34,229 bases of DNA, from NCBI GenBank assembly GCA_002189035.1, contig NEEC01000075.1:1-34229 (forward strand), written 5' to 3'. The translations under genes were made by a program, and so were the position numbers. Of this stretch, positions 13,863-25,761 are shown one piece after another. The DNA comes from Utricularia gibba. Its lineage: Eukaryota > Plantae > Magnoliophyta. Positions within the stretch are counted from its first letter, which is position 1. Each line of letters begins with the position of its first letter. Below the pieces are notes generated by a model. That model searched no databases and was not told where the DNA came from. It saw nothing but the letters and a program-made list of their open reading frames with translations.

Positions 13863-14887
13863 TCAATGGAACAATATATGAGTTCCATACTGTAAGTTTT
13901 TCCCGGATTCCCAAATATTGAAAAGTTCTGAGGCGAAAAGAAATGCAGTTTAATCAACTAGAGTCATCTGCTATATGTCTCATACTGCAAGTTTAATTAA
14001 CTGCAGTCTCCTAGGTTGTTGCTCTTGGAATTTACTTATACTCGTTGTATATTCGTTCAATCTATTGGATCCTAAATTTGTTCATTTTGATCAACTAGAG
14101 TCATCTGGTAGGGGCTCATCCAGCATGTGCCACATTGCCCCATCGACTTTGTATCATGGAATCTCATGAGGCCATTGTCACATAGCCTCCACTAAACCTC
14201 ATGGCATGGTTGCCACATGATACATGATCCTTATACCCTCATGGGGCATCTCTTCATCGGGCAGGTATTATTTTATGTTGATTTTGGACCGCAGCAACAA
14301 TTTTATTTCATAATGTAGATGACAAGGGACTATCAATTTAATTGTTTGATTAAAAAAATACCAAATCTTTTTGTTAACTCTATTATTTAAATCCCTCCCT
14401 CTTTTTTTTTTAATTTCATGAAAACGAACTGTTGAAATTATTAAGATATGAAGATAAATATATTATTAATTTACTAGCCATGTGAACATCATAATGAATT
14501 AGGTTGGTTGGGGACTTCATATATTATCATCAATTTCCTATAATTAATTGCCCACCTTATGCCCTTCTCTGTGCTTTTTAAAATTAATCCTTAATTTAAA
14601 TAAATAATTATGTGATTAGGGCAGACGAGTCCATTTCCGGAATTTTAATTATGCGATTTAATTTATGTTCAACAATTGTTTAATGAAAACAGAGATTGGA
14701 TACGAGATAAGCGTTTATTTTAATAATAAAAAATAGGATGTCCATTTAATACATAATTTTTGAATTAAATTTGCAGGAGATCAATAGGGTTTTGGTCTGA
14801 AAGTGGGATTATTGACATTTTTGTCCACGGGGATACATAAATTCATGTATGTACGGATGGCATCTTGTTATTACCGAAGTAGAAACC

Positions 14888-15346
14888 TTAGGCGGAGGTG
14901 TTGCTAAGAAGGCCGTACCACACGAGACAGAGATCTTCATCGTCGGAGTCTTCATCCTGGCGGCGGCGGCGCTGTTGGGAGGCCACCTCCTCCGGCAACA
15001 AGCTCCGCCGGCAGAGGGGACAGGTGGATGCTTCCCTGAGAAGCCACGTCTCGAGACACGATTTGTGGAACGTGTGCCTGCACTCCGTTTGCCTCAACGC
15101 GTCGCCATCTTCGCACGCAGACAAGCAAACTCCGCACTCCAACGGCTCCCCGCCGACCTCCGCCGCGTAGCTGCATGAGGGAGCTTTCCAGTCAATGACC
15201 TTGAGTAGCTGCACGGTGGCTGTCGACCGCTGCCGCCGGAGATAGTCTCTGACGCCGCCGTAAACGGAGTAGACAAATTGGATAAAGAAGACAGAGATAT
15301 AAAAGACGCCATAATAAGTCAACAAGTGGGATGTAGAAGACGCCAT
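14888..15346 (-). CDS. RING-H2 E3 ubiquitin ligase (ATL/RHA-like), tandem copy 1, 152 aa
   Basis: Intronless ORF with a hydrophobic N-terminus. CGVC-x14-CRH-x2-H-x2-C-x11-CPLC RING-H2 and an acidic C-terminus. Confidence 0.9.
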   Translation of the reverse strand: MASSTSHLLTYYGVFYISVFFIQFVYSVYGGVRDYLRRQRSTATVQLLKVIDWKAPSCSYAAEVGGEPLECGVCLSACEDGDALRQTECRHTFHKSCLETWLLREASTCPLCRRSLLPEEVASQQRRRRQDEDSDDEDLCLVWYGLLSNTSA

Positions 15347-17012
15347 TTCGCAAGCGCAAAGGTCGCGCCCCTGGCTCCTCTACTTAATGTTGGAATGCTA
15401 CGAATGGTGTATTCCATTTTAATTTTTTAAATATGGGCTGGCCTACTTGTGTTTTTAATAATAATAATTTTTATATTCATTAACAAAAATATATCAGGGT
15501 GAATAAAATAGTGTTAAATTTAAATTAAAAAAACGAAATCATGGAGTCCAATAATTTAAGCACGATTAGCGACGTCCTTTTAACATAAATACCTTAATCC
15601 TGTTGAAAATATGCATGCTTAACCTAATTAATTAATTATGTTAATAATTATATTAAATATAATCTAATGAAGAAACTCGCGTGCATACTACGCAAGTGAG
15701 CCAGGGTTGGAATATTGGTAGTGGATGTTTAATTAATATATATTCAAATAAACATATATATTTATCATTAAATAAATCATTTGACTAAAATTACATATTT
15801 TTTGTGAATATATATTTAATAAATTTGATTATAATGAATAGGAAAAAAAACATAGTTGAAAGAGGTGATTTTCAGTGGTCGAATTATTTAAAAATAGGAC
15901 ATTCGCCTTTTTTTGAAATATTAATATATTGGATTAGATCGTTGACTTATTCCAGAGACGTAGTCAACCCCGGGATGCCAAGTCTTCGTCGAAGTGTAAT
16001 GAATGATGCAGTTGGCTGGCTGGGGAAGAAATCAATAGTTATTGACTCTTGCTTCTGGGACTCTGGATTTAGTTACAAACATTTTCAAGGGTTGTAAAGC
16101 GGGAGGGCTGGAACTCGTCCGACCTCATCGGAACTCACCGGAGCGCGACCGGAACCCTCCGCACGGTCGTCGCGGGGTGGTTGGAATAACCGGATGCCTC
16201 TTGCTGCACATAATTCAAACCAAACAGCGACACAGCACAGTGACTGAGTTGATGGCTTTGGCCTCATGCAGACATCACTCTTCCCTAATTAAGACAAGGT
16301 ATCCATGTCGTGGACAGGTAACTTCATCATGATTTGAATTTTGAGGTTCCAGTTTTGAGACTTCAATTCCGAGAAACGCTGGGAATCGTACTCCAAACAA
16401 CCCGTCACAAAAATTTCCCTGGGTTGCTTGCTGCACTCAGGCTTCAAGGTTGCAACCAGATATCGTAATATTGTGCTGTATGAACGCCCTTTACAGTTCC
16501 GTTTCCGACACAGACGCTTGTACAACTATAAAAAGAAACATGTTAAAGAACCTTCAGAGAGAGGAGGTCGTGCGGCTTTAGGACAACTTGTGTGACCGCT
16601 GTCAATGGATCCATGATAATCGACTCCAAGTCACCCAACCACTATTCACATGTGGGCAAAAATAAATGCACAAATGCTTGAGATTTTTTATAAAATGTTT
16701 CTGAACCATAAATACTGCCACCAAACTTTTTTTTAATATAGTGAATAAACAAAGGTTTTTTTTAAATTAAATAAGATTTTAATCAATCTACCCATGAATT
16801 GAATTTGATTCAAGTGTTTGTCATTCTCTGTAGATGTTTTATTTTTTTTATGACATTCCTATCCAAAAACATCATTACTGTTTGTGTTGTTTGGTGTTGG
16901 TTGGGTTTCTTGCACTTCTGAAGCTGTGGATCAACGTAATTGCGATACACACCGACGAACACAAACAAAACAAAATGGTTCTGAAGTGCCCAACACTGGT
17001 ACAGTTACATAC

Positions 17013-17465
17013 CTATATACTGCAATTGCCAAGAATACCGTACCAATCCTCCTCCTCCTCCTCCTCATCCTCGGAATCTCCTTCGAGGCGGCGGAAGCGT
17101 CGTTGGACGGCCTCCGGGAGCAAGCTGCCCCGGCAAAGAGGGCAAGTGGATGCATCCATGAGAAGCCAGGCTTCCAGGCAGGATTTGTGGAACGTGTGGC
17201 TGCACACCGTTTTCCTCAACTCATCGCCTTCTTCATACGTCGAGAGGCAAACTCCGCATTCCGCGGGCTCTGCCCCGAGCTCCGCCGTGTAGCTGCTGGA
17301 GGGAGCTCTGTAGTCGATGATTTTCAGTAGCTCTGCAGCGGCTGTCGGCCTCTCCCGCCGGAGCCGGCGATAGATGAATGCTATGGATTTGATGAAGAAG
17401 ACGGCTGCGTATGCCAAGGCTTTGACACTATAGTAAGTCAATAATTGAGTGACAGCACCCGCCAT
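17013..17465 (-). CDS. RING-H2 E3 ubiquitin ligase (ATL/RHA-like), tandem copy 2, about 150 aa
   Basis: Paralog of copy 1 (LLTYY, ECGVCLS, HTFHKSCLE, ASTCPLCR, WYG.L.N). Start taken at MAGAVT (17465) by alignment with copy 1; an upstream in-frame ATG lies at 17489. TATA-like TATAAATAG on the minus strand near 17500. Confidence 0.9.
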   Translation of the reverse strand: MAGAVTQLLTYYSVKALAYAAVFFIKSIAFIYRRLRRERPTAAAELLKIIDYRAPSSSYTAELGAEPAECGVCLSTYEEGDELRKTVCSHTFHKSCLEAWLLMDASTCPLCRGSLLPEAVQRRFRRLEGDSEDEEEEEEDWYGILGNCSI

Positions 17466-19191
17466 TTTTGCACGTAAAGCATGGCACATGGACGCCCTAT
17501 TTATAATGCAGCTTCTATCTAATCCCTATTTTAGTAAAAAAAAAAAAATCTTACAATTATTTAAATCATGTTTGGTACAAGTTTTTTGTTAGATCAAGCA
17601 ATTTAAATTGATATTTAAAAGTGAAATAGTCGAATTTTATATGAAATTACATATCATTACATAATCAGTATAGTTTAATTTTTTGTAATGTGATTGATAT
17701 TTATTATGTATATGAATTTTCATTTAATTCACTTGACATTTAATTTCAATATTTTAAATGGCTTTATTAATGAAAAACTTAATTAAGGTCTTTTACAATT
17801 AAAGCATTTTTTATTAAAAGAAAGGGATAGGTTCTGTTAATTAACTTGGACTGCCTGATATTTTCTTTTTTATTATATCTTTCCATCATCACATGTTGAT
17901 TTCTAAATCTTACTTTTCTTTCCATATTTGAAAAAATAATAATTTAATGATAGGTGATAACTATGATATTTTTTATTTACTGTATCCATAATATATACTT
18001 TTTGTTGTTGTTACTGAAAAGGTGTTAAACAATATCCAAGTGTATTCAACTACCAAAGGTGGCCTTATTAACTCCCGCAGGGGACACATCTCCCTCCATA
18101 AATGTAACACATGTATGTATAGGGGGCATTCATTAATAAAATCTACATGTTGAATGCGCACAACTAATAATAGTAACATTTTTATAGTTGATTTATTGTT
18201 TGTGGGTAAAGGCAGGGCCGCCATTGACTGTGCGATGTGGCGAAGAGAAGACTTGGGAGCTGGGAGATAGGCTAGGCTAGGATAGGGATAGGGTTGCTGT
18301 TTTTAGATGCAGATCGGCAGAGTGTGTGTGTGGCAGCGGCAGATCGTTGACGCCGTCAAGGTGGCCTCCTCCGCCTCGGAGAGTCGGGGCGGCATCTGGG
18401 TGGGTATTTAATGCCCGCCCCCAGTGGCTCCTTCAATTTCTGCGAGAAATTTTGAAAAATGCATTCAAACAAAAAAAGATTTAAGTGATAAATTGTTAAG
18501 GGTGTGCGAGTGTGCGCCGTCTCGTCTCCGGCCTGGCCTAGCCTAGCGTGGCTCCGCCGTGGAGGGAGGGAGGGAGCTCGGCTCTATAGTCGGAGTCGAT
18601 GATTGAATCTCACTCCATCCTCCTGGTAGGTGGTAATTGGTAATCGGTACTGGGCTGCCTGCTCCCGGAATTTGACTCGTTCAAAAAAGCCCACCACTTT
18701 GTTGTCGTCGTCTTTTTGGATTCAGTTCCATGTCCCCAGGCCAGGGATGGGATGTCGCCTGAATAGCAGGAGTGAGTGAGGAGCATACCGACCGACACCA
18801 TGTCCATCACTTGGCTTGGGTCTGCAATAATAAATTTCATTCTTTATTTATGTAACATATATTAAATAAGTTTCAAAAAGTTATTGACTTCTAACAAAAT
18901 AGAGACTGATGGTTCCTAACTAATTTATTATAAGGAATATTTCTGTTATTTTTCAAATAAAAATATAATACAAAATTGTTTCTTAAATACTAAATTTCAA
19001 CTATCGTATTATTTGATATTATTAAAACGATTGTCATAAATCATGCCATGCCATCCTTCATTGATTATGAAAAATTAATTTTTTAAGGCAAGTAAATTAA
19101 ACCATTTTGATTGCAATTGTAAATCACTAATCAATGTTTCTTGATTCTAATCATTTGGCCTCACCTGTCTGTTTCGCGGCTATGTATTTGT

Positions 19192-19194
<3 letters not shown>

Positions 19195-19222
<28 letters not shown>
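19195..19222. repeat. (CT)14 microsatellite
   Basis: Perfect CT dinucleotide run upstream of the gene starting at 19585. Confidence 0.95.
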
Positions 19223-19584
19223 ATTGGATTAAATTGAAAATCTGCAGTCCAAGTTGCGGTTGGGTGCCCGCCCGGCTTTCGCGATTCAAATTTGCGAGAG
19301 CGTCACATGGCGGCTTCCGGGACGGCGGTTTCGATGACCCCCCGAGTAGGCGCAGGTGAAGTGGCTTCAAGGTTTCAACTTCAAACATTGGCCTATTCTC
19401 CACGAATATAGGCCAGGCCCCCTTCAAGGTCGGGGAGCGATATCTACTGATTTTTTTGTTTAGATTAAGCTTCACCACCGCGCTTATCCCCTTTTGATTC
19501 CTCGCCAACGACGTGGATTCTTTGTTTCTGATCGGACATCTGGTTGTTTTCTTCCCTTGGGAGTCGGAAGTTTATATTGTGTGT

Positions 19585-20839
19585 ATGGCTTACGGGCATC
19601 AATCTAGAGAGGCTACTGGATCTAGGTTTATTTTGGGCGATCTCACGAATCAGACCGGTGAAAGGCGATCTGAGATAATGAAATCTTTTGGTTTTCCTTT
19701 GAATGGTGAGAAAGGCCACAAGCGTCTTTGCATTTCACCCGCAGGCAATGGTGGAAGTGGGTGTAAAAGCAAGGAACCAAATGCCCGTATGGATAAGAAT
19801 AGTTCTGCATCTTTGGATATCCACAAGAAAAACCTTTGTGTGAATCCAAGTACTCCTGATGCAAGGGACATTGGTGATGATAGGCTTATCAAGATTTGCA
19901 CAGAAGCCGTCGGCAAGATAGATTCACTGGAGGAGAATAAAACCACGAGCATGAAAGTTGTGAATGATAATTGCCCAAGTGTTACGCAAGACAAGAAACA
20001 AGTTGACTTTGAAGCCATCGAAGGCCAGTATCACGCTGTTGAGATTGAAAGCCATGATGCTGATGCTATGTTCTTGAGTCAGTCTGGATCCATAGATTGC
20101 ACAGTTTTACACGACTCTCAAGAATCTACAGTGATCGGTTCAAATGTGCCGTACGCTAATCAGAGGCAGGTGCATGAAGGCATCCCTGAAGGCATCAAGT
20201 CTTGCTCTTGTTCTTTCTGCTCAAAAGGTAGATTGTGTGTCTGTAACGACTTTGCCATCTTTATTTAAAAAAAATGTTAGAAACGCAGCCCTTTGCTTTT
20301 TCCTTCGCGAGATTTAGTGAATTTAGGTCATCTTCTTGCGATGCAGCTGCATTGATATGGTTAAATGTGCAGCAGCATGATATCAAGGTTCGGGGCTCAG
20401 GTTAGTTGTGGTAATAACACAAAGTTTTTATGATGAGATATTGACACAATTGAGTTCGTATGTATCACTGCAACACTTTGAACGTGTCAGCAATCAAAAA
20501 AAGTCAGGGAGAAGCAGATACACTAGCTAGAAGTTTCGGCAACAAGGAGGTTGCAGCGAGAAACGGTGATCAGAATATCTCGGGGATGGTTGGGCATTTG
20601 ATGCATCAATGGAAATCCCTCTTTGAACGGACTGCAGATGTACTGGAAAAAGAAAGCAAAGAGCTTGTAAGTTGTAGCAGCTAGATTCTTCCAAACTGAT
20701 TCGCACCATTGTTTTTGTAGGCAAGAAACGCATATTGCGCACACAACTTGTTGAAACATTAAATGGTGCGCATTTATTTGTGCAGGAAGCAAGTTTAGGG
20801 CACCTGCGTGAACTGAGAAACAAACTCCCAAAGGGCTAG
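19585..20839 (+). CDS. Uncharacterised conserved plant protein with N-terminal RxxLxxxxN and a CSCSFC motif
   Basis: Exons 19585-20227, 20347-20400, 20491-20666, 20786-20839 join in frame via GT-AG. RFILGDLTN at the N-terminus; KSCSCSFCSKAALIW..HDIK, AIKKSQ.EA and QWKSLF resemble a plant family of unknown function I recall. Start codon and last-exon end are uncertain. Confidence 0.7.
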
Positions 20840-21341
20840 GAGCTGAATGCTGATCGATGGCCCTCACTACATGAGGAAAGTACTATGCTTTTGCTGCGCC
20901 TTTATGTAGTGTAACTGAAATGTTCACTTGTTCCAATTTGGACGTTTATGCCCTTATGCACCTGAATGATCTTGAGGACTACTACAAACACTAGCAATCA
21001 TTTTTGAGATCGGAAGATGAGAGCCACTGTTCCACATCCTTGCCCACCAAAGTCCTAGGTGGAGGCGGCGAATAGGAGCATCTGCATCGTTCACAGGCCT
21101 GTTTACACTAGGAAGGTTAATTAATCTACTGTTTGTTTTCGTCCTAGTTTTTTTTACTACTTTGATCCTGCTCTCTTCAGAAAGAAATATAGAACATCTT
21201 GTAAGAAGCTTTGCATTTTCAAATGAATGAATACAAGAGCTTGATTATAAGACAAAAAAAAACGAGTACTCTCTCGATCAGGATTCAGGAATGAGGAAGA
21301 GCCAAGATGCCTCAATGAATGTGAGTTGACGCTTACAGATG

Positions 21342-22886
21342 TTAATTCTGGGAAATATTTATTCTGGCCTTCATCATCTCTTTTGCAACTTCCGACACCA
21401 AATCACTGGCACTGTATTCAACACCAAGGGATCGTGCTACCTCCATGTTAGGGTTGAGCAAGTACCTGCTCATTGGAGGAAAAAAATGTCGGTTTTGTAT
21501 CTGCAGCGCATATCTCATGTTGGGAGAGAAGTCAAGGGTTCAATCAAACTTGAGTGTGTCTGTGTTATTTGCACTTAAATCGAGTGTAAAAATGCGGGGA
21601 CTGGACAATGGATGCAAAAGGCTAGAAGCATACATGTTGTGGGAACACTCGACCAGGTAATCATCTCCTTCTTCGTCCACTTTTTTAAAGAACACTCTGT
21701 ATTCCTGCGCCATCTGCCGAACAGACGCAGCCGGCCCAGTAAGTCCAACAATCCTGGAGTCAAACTCTACATGCCAGCAAGTTACCATATCAAGAATCAT
21801 TTCAGAAATGAAGAAAAGCAACAAAACAGCTTCTTTGGTGGAAAAACTAGAAGAATTCATGTCATTGCTTCTTATGCCAAGACTGAGAGGAACTAAATGC
21901 AAATCAGTAGGCGTATGTGAGATGAAAAAAGACAGGCAGAAAACAATACATTATATAAAAGAATGGTGAAGAAGAAATTCTTCAAGGAAGTGGGATAATG
22001 GACGCAAGCAACCATACTGCAGATGTGATGCAGATTCACAAATTATGATGTTTCTCAAGAAAATGGAAGTCTCACCACCCAGGTAGGCTTTAAGTTGAGA
22101 TGGGTTATCTCGCTGAGGATCGATTGTGACAAATATTGGCAGCACCCTGAGTTTCAGCGTTGATTCTGTTTTTCAATTCCAGGAAAGAATTTCAGTAACA
22201 AAATAAAAGAGATGAAAAGAAATCATGAAGCTGGTAAACATGAATGAGACCTAAGGTCTGTATAGCACTCGCCATCTTTTGAACTTCCGCGGGACCAACA
22301 TCAGGGGATGAAGTGTAGCCAAAATACAGAAGGACCCAATTTCCTAAAAGATTCTTCTCAGTTACAACTTGGCCCTGTGTGTCAATAAGACTGAAGGGGC
22401 CACCTATCATCGGCCCTTGAAAAAGGCTGCTTCTTTCGAACTTTTCACCCTTACCTGCACCACTTTCAAAGAAGAGAGTAAATAAAATATATGGCAGCAG
22501 GGAGGAAACATTTTAACAAACTGGTTTTGGAAAACTACCACAAGTGGTTTACGAATCCCAGGGAAAACAAAAGACAGCCTCATTCTAAAAGATAAGTTAT
22601 AACCTTTTGGTATTGCTCTGTTTTCATCGTTGTAGTGCAAGAAAATTAGCAGTCCACTGATTCCAGCGATGACAGAACCGGGCTGCAAAGACAAAACTAT
22701 GGTAAAGATTAAAAAAACAAACAAAAAAACAGATCAAAACATATATAAGAGTCACAATACCATACAATAAAAAAAATTCTCCATGGCACAACAGCTGCAG
22801 ACTGCTCTGGTAATGGATAAGGCGGCTTTCCCTTCTTGCCAGCGGAAGACCCCATGTCAGTGCAATACCTCTTTGAGCCATCAAAC
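21342..22886 (-). CDS. HCC2: SCO1/SenC family protein, HCC2 type (no CxxxC); 5' end not resolved
   Basis: Exons 22886-22766, 22682-22604, 22454-22251, 22165-22076, 21766-21634, 21465-21342. Motifs FLHYNDENRAIP, IGGPFSL, LYFGYTSSPDVGP, PIFVTIDPQRD, RIVGLTG and YLVECSHNMYLLNP. Further coding or UTR exons lie between about 22930 and 23500. Confidence 0.88.
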
Positions 22887-24468
22887 CTGCGAAGAATGAT
22901 GTTAACAAAGATCCATAGGATGTTACTGTTGAAAAGGGAGGCACACTTGTTGACATATATTTTGCTGGAAACCAGGATTTTGAGGTGTGATCAACAGGAA
23001 AAGAGAAACACAACGAAAGCCCAACTAAATCGACCATCAATTTTCAACACCGTGAAACCAGAGTCAAAACAAGATATTAGTAAATGGCAGAAGCAAGGAT
23101 AGAGCAGTGTATATTCTTTCCTTTCCTTCTCCAAAAAAATAACCAGAGGAACACACAAAAGAAAAGAGAGCAACTTTACTTATAAAATTTGAAAAACCGG
23201 TAACAGGAATGAAATCCGAAGGTACTCTCACCCCAAGCATGCACCCAAAAAGTTGAATTTACAAGGAAACAAATTGAAAAATCACCGTCTAAGAATCCGA
23301 GGGATCGATTGTGAGTTTCTTTGAAAGGAGAGGGCAATCCTCCTTGCCAATAGCGCCATTCTTCAGGTTCTTCCGCCCCTGCGTCAGCGCAAAGTGTAGT
23401 AATTTCCGCATAGTTCTGCCATCTCAAACTCAATTGCCAGCACCAAATAAACTGGAAGGAAGATATGGGACGTCGAGAAGATGGCGCCCTGCATTCAGCA
23501 ACCAACGACGCCGCCGTCTAGAAGCTGCTAACGTGCTCCCCAAGCACGCAGGAAGTGTCTGGTAGGGATATACAAACCCAATTTCCCATTTTCGATTCAA
23601 AACAATACCCTAATTTCAAAATTAACGATGACCTGTCCTTACAAAAGTGTGCTTCCTCGGTAGTATTTAAATAATGATAATAACAAAACCACATACCACA
23701 TGCACTGCCTCAAGAATCAAATCCATTCTTCAATATAGTTTTAGATTAAATTTAAATTATTTTCATAGTGATTGAATTTGATTTAATAATTTTAATTATA
23801 TTTTAAAATATTTAAAACGTACCTCAATACACAAATTGTGCAATTTCAATAAATGTATTGAATTTCAGTCATTCAATAAGCTAATAAAGATACATTTCAA
23901 TAATTATAAATCTTAAACACACCTATAATAGGAAAATTTATAAAACTGAAAAAATATGGTACTTAACAAATACCAAATCCTGACATGACACATGTGTAAT
24001 TATTAAGTCTGAATCTAAGGTATTTTGTAAATTTATAACAAAAGCAGTGGAGATAATTGTGGTGGAAATGGTACTTCAAAAATGCAAACGCCCGGTAGAT
24101 GCCGTAATTCAAGGATTCTACAAGCAAAACTTGGTAAAAACGCCGGGACTTCAACAAATGAAGATCCCGCCGGTCGGAGGATATGTTCTAAAAAGGGTGA
24201 CTTTTGGCCGGATATTGATGAGTCTCCTCCTCAGGGATGTCTTGTCACCATCCTAAGTACATAACACAAGAATGTACGATGAACAGTGGAAACCACTCAA
24301 AGCTACATAAAACGCAGGCATGACTTTGCACCTGCCGCTAACTGGGGTGGTGTTTGGTCTCCGGAGAGAACTTGGAGCTGAAATCGAAGCAACTAAACGG
24401 AACTTATCTAATCTGTACAACCAACAACACTTCCAAACGAAACAGCTAGTTTACTTATACCCAAAAAT

Positions 24469-25761
24469 CTATGGTCCCAAGGTGCGGAGGCTGGGTGACC
24501 AGCAGTTGGTTCCATAGGAACTTCCATATTCATCACCCCACAAGGAATCAAGTTTCATCCCACACTCGGACAACTCATTTGTCAGGTTGTTTGAGTCTGC
24601 TGCTGCCGCTGCTGCTGTTTCCTCGTCAAATATCATTCCATCTTCCATGAGCTTCTCCCACAACACGAAATTCTCGGAGCAAGAGTCTAAGCTAGTGATC
24701 TCTGAGGAATTCTCGGCCTTCTGCTCGTCGGATGTAGAGAAATGCGTGTGTATTTCGGATGGGATAGTAGGCAGCTCCTGAGCTCCAGGCCTTTGGTCGT
24801 GATCAGGTTCCGTTGGTTCATTCACAAATGAGCTTTCTATCCTTCTCTTCTTTTGAGCTTTTTCGAAAGAGTGCTGCAAGAATGAGGGGTTTCTCAGGGA
24901 CTTCATCATGAACTTAAGGGTATGCTTCTGTTTCATTTCCGTGTCCTGAAGACGCTTCGCAATACCCATCACATAATGCTGCATCGTTTCCTGGTTCTGC
25001 TTCAGCTTAAACACTTCTGTCTGTAAAGCAATACGATCCACTCTCAACTTTTCAAGCTCTACTTCAACCCCGTATCTCGAGGAATCAAACCATGATTTTG
25101 AAGCTCCCTGCTGCATTATAATCGGGGAACTCTGCTTTCGTCTCTTGATATACTTGAGCAAATTCTTCTTCCCCTGCTGAAAGCCTTCATTCGCAAATTC
25201 CCATCTCTCTGAATCAATCTTCCTGAACCTCTGCCATCAAAGAAGCAGCAAAGATTTCAACATGAAGGTTTCCAGAAAATCATGATAACCAACTGAAAAA
25301 CGAACATTACTGAGGCATAAATAAACACACAGATCTTCTTCATCAAACTGATAGTGAAAAAATTGCAACAGTGATCAGCGCAAGAATCATGCTTGAGAAT
25401 CCTTGAAAGCAGTAAGGAAGAGGCGTACGTAGGTGTTGAGCTGGCGAACGAAACTGGAGAAATTGTTGTGCTTGAAGTATTTAGGCAACAAGTCGGAAGA
25501 AAACGCGTGGGGATCCCAAACAACGAAGCTCGCCTTCGACGGACTCCACGATATAATCGAATTGGTATTGGGATCATCCACCATCTCAAACGTCTTCTTC
25601 AGAAACGGCGGTGGCTGCAGCGTCTCATTCTCCTTCAACCCGTCGATCGGAAGCGTCGACCACCGCCGCCTCCGCCGCTCGTAGCTCCCACTCCCATCTC
25701 CGCCAGCAACACTGTCTTGCTCCTCAAGAAACTCTTGCTTCACAGAGAAGACTCCCGCCAT
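24469..25761 (-). CDS. Class A heat stress transcription factor (HsfA2/A9-like), 364 aa
   Basis: Exons 25761-25429 and 25230-24469, with the intron at the conserved DBD position (NTY|xFRK). [37 protein letters not shown] coiled coil, KKRRI NLS and AHA-like [10 protein letters not shown]. Subclass is uncertain. Confidence 0.92.

Noticed and set aside
14849-15178. Long plus-strand ORFs antisense to the RING genes (also 16834-17330)
   Set aside because: They shadow GC-rich RING codons, recur in both paralogs for that reason, and have no recognisable domain.
15675-15700. Hairpin ACTCGCGT..ACGCAAGT resembling a Helitron 3' end
   Set aside because: No CTRR terminus at the expected distance on either strand and no 5' TC end identified.
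18233-18300. USE-like CCACATCG and telomere-like AACCCTA on the minus strand, suggesting an snRNA or telomerase RNA
   Set aside because: The USE match is partial, its spacing to the nearest TATA is about 46 nt (too long), and the AACCCTA lies upstream of the USE, so it could not be in the transcript.
22251-22454. SCO protein lacking the copper-binding CxxxC (YTSSPDVGP)
   Set aside because: This is the established hallmark of plant HCC2, not a defect or novelty.
23960-24330. Short ORFs downstream of the HSF stop codon
   Set aside because: No recognisable motifs; more likely HSF 3' UTR or spacer.
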